Assembly (NCBI GenBank): GCA_036402075.1
Contig: DASWTP010000141.1
Location: 2,357-66,356 of the forward strand
Length of the DNA stretch: 64,000 nt
Direction: 5' to 3'
From: Chryseosolibacter sp.
Lineage (GTDB): Bacteria > Bacteroidota > Bacteroidia > Cytophagales > Cyclobacteriaceae
Below, in pieces: positions 8,518 to 18,044 of the stretch. The translations under genes and the position numbers were made by a program. How positions within the stretch are numbered: the stretch's first letter is position 1; every line of letters starts with the position of its first letter. The notes under the pieces were generated by a model. It saw only the letters and a list, made by a program, of their open reading frames with translations, did not search any database and was not told where the DNA came from.

Positions 8518-11508
8518 ATGGCCTGTCGAGCGTTGATTTTGTTTTTTGGTGTGTTGACAGCTGCCTTTTCAGCTTTTGCGCAAGACCGCTGCGGAACGGT
8601 TGAGTACCATAAGACTTTAAAAACCGCTGGCCGCATTCCGGCAAACGACAACCTGTTCGAAAATTGGTTAAAAAACAAAATGACCGCGCTTCGCGCAGCC
8701 AGCGCCAAACGGCAGAAAGGTCCTCCTTACAAAATTCCGGTTGTTGTACACATCATTCACAATGGTGAGCCTATTGGGTCAGGAACAAACATTTCCGATG
8801 AGCAGGTGCTCTCACAGATTGAAGTGCTCAATGAAGACTTTCGAAGACTGAATTCGGATGCATCCCAAACACCGAGTCAGTTCACGTCTGTGGCGGGAAG
8901 CATGGATATTGAATTCGTTCTGGCGAAACGAGATCCGGAAGGCCTTGCCACCAACGGAATTGTGCGGGTTCAGGGCGCAAAAACCGGCTGGACCCTCGTT
9001 GATAATTACGAGCTCAAAGCGCAAAGCTATTGGCCAGCCGAGGACTATCTGAACCTCTGGGTTTGCGACCTGGTTGACAATCTGGTTGGCTATGGGCAAT
9101 ATCCAGAATCGAATTTGCCCGGCATCGACCAGTCTTCCGTAAATCGGTTAACCGATGGAGTGGTGATCTGGTATCGCGCGTTTGGCTCAGCTGACGATGG
9201 AAATTTCAACCTGAGCTCAACCTACAACAAGGGCCGAACCCTGACTCACGAGCTCGGACATTTCTTCGGACTTCGCCACATCTGGGGCGATGACTCCGGA
9301 AGCTGCGATGGTGATGACTTTGTGAACGATACACCAAAGCAAGCCACCAGCTCAAGCGGCTGCCCTACTCACCCAAGAAGTTCCTGCGGCACCGTGAACA
9401 TGTTCCAAAACTACATGGACTACACGGCAGACGCCTGCATGAACCTGTTTACCAACGACCAGGTTGCACGCATGACCATCGTATTGGAAAACAGCCCAAG
9501 ACGCGTCAGCCTGCTGACTTCTCCAGGCTTGAGCGAACCCCTTTCACTGGCCACAGACCTCGGGTTGAAAACCATCCTCTCCCCGGCCGAGTCACATTGT
9601 TCAACGACCATCACTCCTTCAATCGAAATCCGAAACTACGGCTCAAATGCTATAACGACAGCGAAAATTCAGCTGGTTGTGAACGGAACACCCGGGGAGA
9701 CACGCACGCTCTCGCTTAACCTCACAACGCTTCAAAGCACGCAGGTGGACTTCTCTCCTATAGCCGTGACCGCTGGCAGCAGTGTAATCGAATTCAGGAT
9801 CCTGGAGACTAACGGCACAACTGACCAGAACGCAGCCAACAATGTTATTCAAAATACTTTTACGGTTCCCGATTCCGAGGCGACACCGTTTAATGAGAAC
9901 TTCAATACGTTTCCAGCCAAGTGGACAATCCGCAACCCCGATGGAAAGAAGACCTGGGAACTTGCAACAGCACCGCGCGAAACATCCACCAATAAAGCGA
10001 TGCGGGTAAATTTCTTTGACTATGACGAAAGTTATGGGGAAGTAGACATGCTGATCAGTCCGCGCTTCGACCTCACGTCAGCACCAGTGGCATCCCTTGT
10101 GTTCGATGTAGCGTATACGAGGTACCTCTCAAGCAACGATCGATTGAAAGTGGTGATGATCACCGAATGCCAGAGCATCGAGGACGGCACTGTGATCTTT
10201 GAAAAAATCGGGAGCAACCTGCGCACCACCAACTCAACGTCCGGAACATTCGTGCCCGTGGGGACAGAAGATTGGCGCAGGGAGTTTATCAACATCAGCG
10301 GCTTTATTGGCCAGTCAAACGTGCAACTCGCTTTCCTTGCTGTGAGCGATTGGGGCAATAACCTGTACCTTGATAATGTTTCAATTTTGACATCTGCCCT
10401 CGAAGATGTAGAGCTGCAGGGGATTGATGCGCCAGCGTTTATCACTTGTAATCCGAATCCCTCACCCGTGCTTCAAATTCAGAACGTAGGCACCAAGATC
10501 ATCAACAGTCTTACGGTGCAGTATGCGGTGAATGGCTCCGGCAGTCAGTTCACGGTAAACAACCTGAACGTTGCGCTTGGCGATCAATTCCAGATTGCCC
10601 TTCCGGCAATTAATCTGATTGAAGGCACCAACTCACTTGCAGTTACACTTTTGAATCCTAACGGGCAGCCTGACCAGAGCCCTACGAACAACAGCAAGAC
10701 GTTTCCTATTCTGTTGGATGCGACAACCGAACGAATTCCCGCAAGGCAGAATTTTGATGGAGGCTTCAGGTCGTGGCAAACGTTCAACGCCAGCGGAGGC
10801 GAAAGCTGGGAAGAAACCAACACGAACTTTAACGGCTCCGCATATTACAATGCGCATAACAACACCGCAGTAAATGAGACAGCGTGGCTCGTCAGTCCGG
10901 TGCTCGACTTTTCAAGTGCCTCCGAGGCAAGCCTGGTTTTCGACTATTCGTATCGCAAGCGCCCGGGCCGTTCTGAGGCGCTTCGGGTTTATGGGTCGAA
11001 GGACTGCGGTGAGACGTTTGAAGAAATTTCCCTGCTGTCGTTGCCGGCTGAAGAACTGCAATCCGCCTGGGCTCCAACAGCGTCTGACGACTGGGTGACC
11101 GACTTCGTGATCAATCTGAATGCCTACGCTGGCGAACCTGATGTACGGATTGCCTTTGCCGTGATCAACGACCATGGCAACAATCTCTTCCTTGATAACG
11201 TGGAGTTTTTCACTGCTGCGAACCCGGTGCTTGTGAGCGCGGAAACTCCTTACAACCTGTACGGCTATAACCTGAATTCCCTTCCCAACTCAGAACTTCA
11301 GCTGACTTTCAATTTAGATCAACTTAGCGAGGTTGAGTATACCATCGTTGATATGATGGGCAACGTGCTCGCCCAGGCGCACCTTTACGATGTGCTAAAT
11401 CAAACGTACAAGGTTGACGCAACCGATCAGCTCAGCTCCGGAACGTATTTGCTGCGGCTGCAAATTGGTCGGCAGCATTTCGCAAACCGTTTTTTGATCG
11501 TGCGATAA
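8518..11508 (+). CDS. M43 (pappalysin/ulilysin-like) zinc metalloprotease with beta-sandwich repeats and T9SS type A CTD
   Basis: RCGT cysteine-switch propeptide, HELGHFFGLRH zinc motif, NYMDY Met-turn, repeated GNNLYLDNV/GNNLFLDNV modules, C-terminal SGTYLLRL. Confidence 0.92.
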   Translation: MACRALILFFGVLTAAFSAFAQDRCGTVEYHKTLKTAGRIPANDNLFENWLKNKMTALRAASAKRQKGPPYKIPVVVHIIHNGEPIGSGTNISDEQVLSQIEVLNEDFRRLNSDASQTPSQFTSVAGSMDIEFVLAKRDPEGLATNGIVRVQGAKTGWTLVDNYELKAQSYWPAEDYLNLWVCDLVDNLVGYGQYPESNLPGIDQSSVNRLTDGVVIWYRAFGSADDGNFNLSSTYNKGRTLTHELGHFFGLRHIWGDDSGSCDGDDFVNDTPKQATSSSGCPTHPRSSCGTVNMFQNYMDYTADACMNLFTNDQVARMTIVLENSPRRVSLLTSPGLSEPLSLATDLGLKTILSPAESHCSTTITPSIEIRNYGSNAITTAKIQLVVNGTPGETRTLSLNLTTLQSTQVDFSPIAVTAGSSVIEFRILETNGTTDQNAANNVIQNTFTVPDSEATPFNENFNTFPAKWTIRNPDGKKTWELATAPRETSTNKAMRVNFFDYDESYGEVDMLISPRFDLTSAPVASLVFDVAYTRYLSSNDRLKVVMITECQSIEDGTVIFEKIGSNLRTTNSTSGTFVPVGTEDWRREFINISGFIGQSNVQLAFLAVSDWGNNLYLDNVSILTSALEDVELQGIDAPAFITCNPNPSPVLQIQNVGTKIINSLTVQYAVNGSGSQFTVNNLNVALGDQFQIALPAINLIEGTNSLAVTLLNPNGQPDQSPTNNSKTFPILLDATTERIPARQNFDGGFRSWQTFNASGGESWEETNTNFNGSAYYNAHNNTAVNETAWLVSPVLDFSSASEASLVFDYSYRKRPGRSEALRVYGSKDCGETFEEISLLSLPAEELQSAWAPTASDDWVTDFVINLNAYAGEPDVRIAFAVINDHGNNLFLDNVEFFTAANPVLVSAETPYNLYGYNLNSLPNSELQLTFNLDQLSEVEYTIVDMMGNVLAQAHLYDVLNQTYKVDATDQLSSGTYLLRLQIGRQHFANRFLIVR

Positions 11509-11583
11509 ATCTACATAATCAGCTGTATTTTGCCCCTTTAAATACGTTGATTTTGAATATCTTTGGAGTGTAAAAAACCTGAA

Positions 11584-12669
11584 ATGTCTAAGAAGAAAAA
11601 AGTAGCCATTCTCTATGGTGGCCGATCAGTTGAGCACGGTGTTTCTGTTAATTCTGCGCGGAATATTTTTGAATACATCGACAAAGAGCGGTTCGAACCG
11701 TTAACCATTGGAATCTCCAAAACCGGCCAATGGTATCTGACCACCTCTGTAACTAAAGACATTGAGCAAGGGAAAGCAATGGGCTTGATCCTTGACGCAC
11801 AGCGGCCAGGCTTCACATTGATTTCAAGTGGCGATCGCATGAAAGCTGACATCATCTTCCCGGTGCTTCACGGAACCGATGGTGAAGACGGCAGCATTCA
11901 AGGACTGATCAAAGCGATGGACATTCCGATGGTGGGTACGGGCGTGCTCGGCTCTTCCATCTCGATGAACAAAATCATTGCAAAAAAGCTATTGCGGCTT
12001 GCCGGTTTACCAGTGACGAATTTCCTGACGTTCCATTTCTCCGAGAAGGAGAATATCAAGTTCAAGGAAGTAAAAAAAGAACTTGGACTTCCGTTTATGG
12101 TGAAATCTGCCAGCCTGGGATCATCCGTTGGCGTTTCGAAGGTGAAAGACGAAGACTCTTTCCACAAGGCCATTGATGAAGCGTTCCGCTATGACGACAG
12201 CCTGCTTATTGAGGAGTTCATCACCGGAAGGGAGATTGAGTGCGCGATCTTAGGAAACAATCCTCCGCAGGCCTCTTATCCAGGAGAAATTGTAATCAGC
12301 AAGAAGTACGAGTTTTATACATTCGATGCAAAATATGTTGATCCGGATGCCGTGCGCATAGATGTGCCCGCTGTGCTTTCGCCCAAAATTGCCGAAAAAA
12401 TCAGGGACGTCAGCGTAAAGGCATACCAGGCGTTGCACTGCGAAGACTTTTCGCGTGTCGACCTGTTCCTCACGGAAGAAGGCAAAATTTATATTAACGA
12501 AATCAACACTATCCCAGGGTTCACCAACTCAAGTATGTATCCCATGATGTGGAAAGAACGTGGACTCGGATTTACCGACCTGATCTCAAAGCTGCTTGAC
12601 CTTGCAGAAGAGCGTTACGACCGCGGAAAACGTGTAGAAAGGGATTTCAATTCCGCCCTCAAATTCTGA
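11584..12669 (+). CDS. ddl: D-alanine--D-alanine ligase
   Basis: GGRSVEH, LHGTDGEDG, GSSVGV, FDAKY omega loop and EINTIPGFT motifs. Confidence 0.96.
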   Translation: MSKKKKVAILYGGRSVEHGVSVNSARNIFEYIDKERFEPLTIGISKTGQWYLTTSVTKDIEQGKAMGLILDAQRPGFTLISSGDRMKADIIFPVLHGTDGEDGSIQGLIKAMDIPMVGTGVLGSSISMNKIIAKKLLRLAGLPVTNFLTFHFSEKENIKFKEVKKELGLPFMVKSASLGSSVGVSKVKDEDSFHKAIDEAFRYDDSLLIEEFITGREIECAILGNNPPQASYPGEIVISKKYEFYTFDAKYVDPDAVRIDVPAVLSPKIAEKIRDVSVKAYQALHCEDFSRVDLFLTEEGKIYINEINTIPGFTNSSMYPMMWKERGLGFTDLISKLLDLAEERYDRGKRVERDFNSALKF

Positions 12670-12697
12670 TTTCCTTATCTTTACGCAAATTGTCGCT

Positions 12698-13507
12698 TTG
12701 ATGAAATTCAATCTTAAGAAGTACAAGTCGAATACGCTCGGTGGCCTGCTCCTGCATATCCTGGTTGCCAGCGGATTGCTCTTGCTTATTGCTGTCACGT
12801 ATTTCTACGCCTATCTGCCCAATGTGACAAATCATGGTGAGACGATCACGGTTCCAAACATTGAAGGGCTCGACAGCAAGAAAGCGGAAGAATTTTTGAC
12901 CCGACATGACCTTCGTTTTGAAGTGAATGACTCTTCCTACTCATCGCAATACCCTCCCCTGACCGTGTTGAAGCAGTTTCCATCCGCTGGTGCCAAGGTG
13001 AAAGAGAACCGAAAAATCTATGTGTCTGTGAATCGCATCAACCCGCCTACGGTTCCCATGCCTGACCTCATCAATGGTTCACTAATCAACGCTGAGGCCG
13101 TGCTTAAAGGCAGCGAATTAAAACGGGGGAAGATTCAACTCGTTCGCGGTCCATGGCTGAACCTCGTTCAGGAAATGCGAATCAAAGGAAGCAAGGTGGA
13201 ACCCAATGTCCGCGTGCCGAAAGGTACAGTCGTTGACCTCGTGGTGATGGATGGCGGTGGAATGAATTTCCCTACTCCCAATGTGCTGAACTATTCGTAT
13301 GATGAAGCTGATGTAAGCATCAAAGGAGTCCATCTTAGTGTTGGGAATGTCACGATTGTGGGAGGCGATACAACGGGCATGAACCCGGTTGTGCTGAAAC
13401 AAAAGCCCAGTCCCGGTGAAAATATTCGGGTAGGCGATGTCGTTGATCTATGGATAGGTGCTCCGGACGCAGAAGTACCCGATGACGCAGATTCCGATGG
13501 AAATTAA
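12698..13507 (+). CDS. PASTA-domain membrane protein
   Basis: N-terminal TM followed by three repeats starting VPN/MPD/TPN with Q.P..G..V motifs; next to ddl as is typical in Bacteroidota. Confidence 0.85.
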   Translation: MMKFNLKKYKSNTLGGLLLHILVASGLLLLIAVTYFYAYLPNVTNHGETITVPNIEGLDSKKAEEFLTRHDLRFEVNDSSYSSQYPPLTVLKQFPSAGAKVKENRKIYVSVNRINPPTVPMPDLINGSLINAEAVLKGSELKRGKIQLVRGPWLNLVQEMRIKGSKVEPNVRVPKGTVVDLVVMDGGGMNFPTPNVLNYSYDEADVSIKGVHLSVGNVTIVGGDTTGMNPVVLKQKPSPGENIRVGDVVDLWIGAPDAEVPDDADSDGN

Positions 13508-15536
13508 GGAACTCACTAAAATAACTTCCAGGACTTTACGGGCAAGTAGCATCTACTTGCTGTTTTTCTTTATTTGGAGTCATACCACCCACGCGCAACT
13601 TCAGACCGTGAGGTTGAAACGTCTTTCCCCGTCCATGCAAAGGGAGGGATCTGCCGGCAGGACCAAGGAATTGCCACCGCTGACGCTGCCTTTCTTTGAT
13701 GATTTCTCTGACCCTTACAGCGATCCGGATCTCAAAGAGGTTTACCCCGACACCAATCGCTGGGAAAACAGCTTGTCCGTCTGCGTAAACAGTGGCCTTG
13801 GAATAAATCCACCGACCATCAATGTCGCCACGTTTGACGGCCTTGATTCACTCGGCAACGCGTATAACCCAACGCAGATCTTTGTCAATGGATTTACCGA
13901 CAAAATGGTTTCCCGGCCCATTGATATCTCCGAGACGGCTCCGACAAACCCTGTGTCCATCGCGGAACGCAATTCAGTTTACTTAAGCTTCTTTTACCAG
14001 TGGAAAGGAAATGGAGAGTCGCCCGACCCTGACGATTACCTGCAGGTCCAATTTCGAAACGCTTCCAACGCGTGGGAAACAGTTACCACGATTAACACGA
14101 CACCTTCGCTTGAGAAAGATAAGTTTTACCAGGTGCTGGTGAAGGTGGATGGCGACCGTTTTTTTACAAACCGTTTTCAATTCAGGTTCAGGGCCTTCGG
14201 CCGACAGTCGGGGCCTTACGACACCTGGAATCTTGACTACATTTACCTGAACAAGAGCAGATCGGCCACGGATATTGGATTGCCTGATGGCGCGATTTCC
14301 TCTCCGCTTACTACCATTTTTCCAAATCAATACCGGGCGATGCCGTACTATCATTTCCTCGCTGCACCGAACGTTATCGCTCCCACGTTCCTGGTATCGA
14401 ACAGGCGCGGTGATCCCCCGGATGTATTGAACTACTACGTGGAAGGTATTTTTACAAACTACTTCTATTCAGCAACGGATACGACTACGACTACCATTGC
14501 CCCCGCGCCTCCAGCTTCAATCGGTATCAACAATGAGGCGGGCGGAACCATTTTTCCCTTCGAGACGCGCACCGTCACCGTAAAACAGATCAACACTATC
14601 GACACCGTAACCACGCTTGACCCGAATGCTGACGCGGCCGTGATCGAACTGAAAGCTCACCTCGTAACGGGTGACGTGATCAATCCGGAGACGGGTGGTC
14701 CGGCCGATGACTATGAACCGAAATTTGCCCCTATCGATTTCCGTGTAAACGACACGATCCGTGCGCGCTATGAACTGAAAGATTATTACGCGTATGACGA
14801 TGGCGTTGCGGAATATGCCGGAGGGTTGATTGCTGCCGGCAATGTGTTCGCGTATCAATTCGATTTACCTGACAACCTCAATGACACCGTGAAAGTGCTT
14901 GAGGCATTCGACATTTACTTCCCACCTTTCGGACTAACCACCAGCCAGAATGTAGACTTTTTTGTGTTTGACGAGGATAATGGTAAGCCTAACGAGATAT
15001 TGGTGAGAATTTCTTCAGTAGCGATCCGGAATCAGGGAACCAATACGTTTCAGCGTGTGCGCTTTTTGCCTGCCTTGCAGATCACGCAAAACAAATTCTT
15101 CGTTGGATGGCGCCAACCGGTTTCCGGACAGGTACTCGTTGGTATCGACAACAGCAACGACACTGGAAATAAAATGTTCTTTAACACTGAGGGCAGCATT
15201 AATCCGGATCCAGCCCGGTGGGAAGCGAACACACTGATCAAGGGAAGCTTCATGGTTCGGCCCGTGTTTGGAACTGGCATCGTTGACCCCACCACAGGAC
15301 TGGAAGAAGATACACGCCTTGCCGTGTATCCAAATCCGAATTCAGGTTCTTTCCTGATTGCCGGAAAGCCCGAAAACATTTCAGTGCTCAGCCTGACCGG
15401 GCAACCCGTTCGGTTTGACAGCGAAGCATTTGACGACAGAACATACATTCGGCTCAACGTGCCGTCAGGACTCTACCTTGTACGTTACCGCAGCAACGGA
15501 GTAGTTCACACGCAAAAGATCGTTGTCACTCAATAA
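13497..15536 (+). CDS. T9SS type A sorting domain protein of unknown function
   Basis: LTLPFFDDFS and YYAYDDG..E motifs; C-terminal VYPNP...GLYLV...KIVV. Start uncertain (13458-13497). Confidence 0.85.
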   Translation: MEIKELTKITSRTLRASSIYLLFFFIWSHTTHAQLQTVRLKRLSPSMQREGSAGRTKELPPLTLPFFDDFSDPYSDPDLKEVYPDTNRWENSLSVCVNSGLGINPPTINVATFDGLDSLGNAYNPTQIFVNGFTDKMVSRPIDISETAPTNPVSIAERNSVYLSFFYQWKGNGESPDPDDYLQVQFRNASNAWETVTTINTTPSLEKDKFYQVLVKVDGDRFFTNRFQFRFRAFGRQSGPYDTWNLDYIYLNKSRSATDIGLPDGAISSPLTTIFPNQYRAMPYYHFLAAPNVIAPTFLVSNRRGDPPDVLNYYVEGIFTNYFYSATDTTTTTIAPAPPASIGINNEAGGTIFPFETRTVTVKQINTIDTVTTLDPNADAAVIELKAHLVTGDVINPETGGPADDYEPKFAPIDFRVNDTIRARYELKDYYAYDDGVAEYAGGLIAAGNVFAYQFDLPDNLNDTVKVLEAFDIYFPPFGLTTSQNVDFFVFDEDNGKPNEILVRISSVAIRNQGTNTFQRVRFLPALQITQNKFFVGWRQPVSGQVLVGIDNSNDTGNKMFFNTEGSINPDPARWEANTLIKGSFMVRPVFGTGIVDPTTGLEEDTRLAVYPNPNSGSFLIAGKPENISVLSLTGQPVRFDSEAFDDRTYIRLNVPSGLYLVRYRSNGVVHTQKIVVTQ

Positions 15537-16782
15537 CGATTGGTGCCGGGCTGAAGCACACAATAAAGATCAGCAAGCAAATCCATCCCAGGATAATTCG
15601 TTTTGAATCCAATGGCAGCTCCATTTCGGAGCGTGGATGCTCGATGCCAACAAACCTGCCAACAACGAAGGCGAACAGGAGCCATCCCGGATAGCCTGAG
15701 ACGGTTGGGAAAAACATCAGCAACAAGAAGTGCGCTGCCGCCATAAGGACGGCATACATCCATGTATCTTTGCTTGCCAAACCGAGTCCTCTGAAACCCA
15801 TAAAAAGAAAAAGCACATAACCGCTCAGCCAAAGCACCAGCCACTCTTTCGGCTGATTGAACGTTAGAATGGGTAATCCAAGACCTGCGTAAAACATCAG
15901 CGCGAAAAAAAACACGGTAGCAATTATCTTGTGTGCTTTGAACCCAAACAGGCCGTACACCACATGACCACCATCCAGCTGACCAATGGGCAGCAAATTC
16001 AAACAGGTGAAGAATAAAGCGATGTAGCACGCGAGCAATATTGGGTAGTGCATCATCTCGTGGGTATTCGGAATTCGCTCCGGTTCGGCAAACCATTTCC
16101 CAATCGCCCAAAACACAAGGTTATTCCCGATCTGCACATCGGTGACGGCTACATCATCCTCCGTGAGCTTTCTCCTTTTTCCGACCTCCTCACCTCTTTC
16201 CCGGGCTTCGCGGCCCCTGTCGTCAAGCTCTTTATTAATCTCGACAAGTCTCTTTCGCGCCTCACTCTTTTTGAACTCCGGTGTGTAGACCGTGTCCGCG
16301 TAAGCAAGTCCAAAGGGTTTATATTCGGGATGAAACTGAAACACGTACTCGGGTGGCGGCAAGGTGACAAAGGCATAGACCGTGATAAGCAACGCCACAA
16401 TGAAGCCAGCAAGCGGTCCGGCCAGTCCAATGTCAAAGTTTTGAAGGTTGCTCACCGGTTTACTCCTTAGTCGGATCACCGCACCCATCGTGCCGATACT
16501 CAAGCCCAGGAATGGAATTGGGGGAAGTGGAATGTAATACGGCAAGGACGTTTTTACTTTGTGATACAGTGCGACAAAGTAGTGGCCGAACTCATGAACC
16601 GTCAGAATCAATAGTAAGGGAATTGAAAAGCTAAGCCCATTGACAAAGTCCTGCCATCCGTAGCCAGGTGAAAAAAAGATATTTCGCCCGTATGCCCATT
16701 CACTTCCTGCGATGGTGGTTGAAACAAAAGTGACAACAAACAGCCCGACCTGAAAAAGTATTCGCTTTGTTTCGTTACGCAT
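15526..16782 (-). CDS. Site-2 protease family (M50) intramembrane metalloprotease
   Basis: HEFGH, AGPLAG and NLLPIGQLDGGH motifs; multiple TM helices. Confidence 0.93.
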   Translation of the reverse strand: MRNETKRILFQVGLFVVTFVSTTIAGSEWAYGRNIFFSPGYGWQDFVNGLSFSIPLLLILTVHEFGHYFVALYHKVKTSLPYYIPLPPIPFLGLSIGTMGAVIRLRSKPVSNLQNFDIGLAGPLAGFIVALLITVYAFVTLPPPEYVFQFHPEYKPFGLAYADTVYTPEFKKSEARKRLVEINKELDDRGREARERGEEVGKRRKLTEDDVAVTDVQIGNNLVFWAIGKWFAEPERIPNTHEMMHYPILLACYIALFFTCLNLLPIGQLDGGHVVYGLFGFKAHKIIATVFFFALMFYAGLGLPILTFNQPKEWLVLWLSGYVLFLFMGFRGLGLASKDTWMYAVLMAAAHFLLLMFFPTVSGYPGWLLFAFVVGRFVGIEHPRSEMELPLDSKRIILGWICLLIFIVCFSPAPIVIE

Positions 16783-17392
16783 TGAAATAGGTTAACATGA
16801 TATCGGGAGACGTTACGTGCACAGTCTTAATACCAACACCTTGTGCACCTTTAATGTTCATCAGGTTGTCGTCAAGAAAAAGTGTCTGTTCGGCCACGAG
16901 GTTGTTTTCATCAAGCACCTGTTGAAAGATCTCGGCATCGGGCTTTCGCTTTTGCATGCGATGAGAATAGTAAGCGCGGTGAAAATATTGATCGAGGTGC
17001 GTTGCCTCGGCAGGCAACAGCTTTGCGTTAATGTACCCTAAATGAATCTCGTTCGTATTGCTGAGCAGCAGCACCTGGTATTGTGTTTTCAGTCTCTCAA
17101 GCAATTTAAGTTTTTCCACCGGAATCGACCCCAGCATTTGGTTCCAGGCACGGTCGATTTCATGATCTGACGCCTTCGGTGTGTAAGCCGATTTCAAGAA
17201 TTCACGGAATTGCTGATCAGTCATGCCACCCTTCTCATAGAGATTGAATTCGGGCGAGGTATGAAATATTGAAGTTGCTTTCTCCTGCGAAATGCCGGCA
17301 AGGCTTGCAAAAGCTGCAATGGTCTTATCAACTGCCAGGTCAAGAATAACGCCTCCGAGATCGAAGACAAGAGTTTTGATTGACTTATCCAT
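16775..17392 (-). CDS. HAD-family phosphatase (YihX-like)
   Basis: FDLGGV, LSNTN, RKPD..IF and FLDD motifs. ATG at 17392. Confidence 0.9.
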   Translation of the reverse strand: MDKSIKTLVFDLGGVILDLAVDKTIAAFASLAGISQEKATSIFHTSPEFNLYEKGGMTDQQFREFLKSAYTPKASDHEIDRAWNQMLGSIPVEKLKLLERLKTQYQVLLLSNTNEIHLGYINAKLLPAEATHLDQYFHRAYYSHRMQKRKPDAEIFQQVLDENNLVAEQTLFLDDNLMNIKGAQGVGIKTVHVTSPDIMLTYFNA

Positions 17393-17498
17393 GGGAGGCA
17401 AAAATACTCTGTAATTACCTTTTCGCAACCGGGGCGATGACCTTCTCAAGACAATTTTGGGACTTTTTACAACGATTTAGGTAGGGTACTCCCTCTAC

Positions 17499-17774
17499 TT
17501 GGAGTGTCAAAACCCAGAACGAAAGAATGTCGGTTTTATAATTTATCCTAATCCAGCAAGAGATTTTATCGTGATAGAATTTTTGGGTGACTCAAATCAA
17601 GAGCGCGAGGTCACAATATACAACCTTATGCAGGTGCCGCTCATTAAAAAAACAATTCCGGCTCTTACCCGGAATTTTGAGATCGATATTTCGAACCTTA
17701 CTTCAGGGCCATATCAGGCAGCAATCGATTCTCGTGGAAACAAGTCTGAATGGTTACGATTCATCAAACTTTGA
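17499..17774 (+). pseudogene. Stand-alone T9SS type A C-terminal domain (gene remnant or mini-protein)
   Basis: IYPNPARD...IYNL...IDISNLTSGPY...RFIKL is only a CTD. No signal peptide; in-frame TAG at 17478 upstream. Confidence 0.55.
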
Positions 17775-17782
17775 AAGCGCGC

Positions 17783-17821
17783 AAATAAAAAAGCAGTTAC
17801 TGAAAATAACTGCTTAATTTT
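17783..17821 (-). terminator. Intrinsic terminator downstream of the tRNA (possibly bidirectional)
   Basis: AAGCAGTTA-ctgaaaa-TAACTGCTT hairpin flanked by A and T tracts. Confidence 0.75.
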
Positions 17822-17824
17822 CTG

Positions 17825-17898
17825 TGGGCCCAGCTGGGCACGATCCAGCGACCCCCTGATTATGAGTCAGGTGCTCTAACCAGCTGAGCTATGGGCCC
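17825..17898 (-). tRNA. tRNA with CAU anticodon, probably tRNA-Ile2 (lysidine); CCA not encoded
   Basis: Reverse complement folds as GGGCCCA-TA-GCTC AGCTGGTTA GAGC-A-CCTGA CTCATAA TCAGG-GGGTC-GCTGG ATCGTGC CCAGC-TGGGCCC-A. G1:C72 is paired and the anticodon stem lacks the three G:C pairs, so it is not the initiator. Ile2 versus elongator Met is by resemblance only. Confidence 0.93.
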
Positions 17899-18044
17899 TT
17901 ACAACAGGGTGCACCTGTTAAAGCGCTGCAATGTTACATATTTGAAAACAAAATTCCCAATTCGCGTAACGTTGAATCTCCCTAACGTTTTCGGGATTCC
18001 TAGATTTTCAATAGCTTGGCAAACCTTATCTTAACCCTACGAGC

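Noticed and set aside
11584-12669. D-Ala-D-Lac / vancomycin-resistance-type ligase
   Set aside because: The omega loop ends in AKY (Tyr), typical of D-Ala-D-Ala ligases, and no vanH or vanX neighbours are present.
17775-18044. Integrative element or prophage at the tRNA
   Set aside because: No integrase and no duplicated tRNA 3' end were seen in the window.
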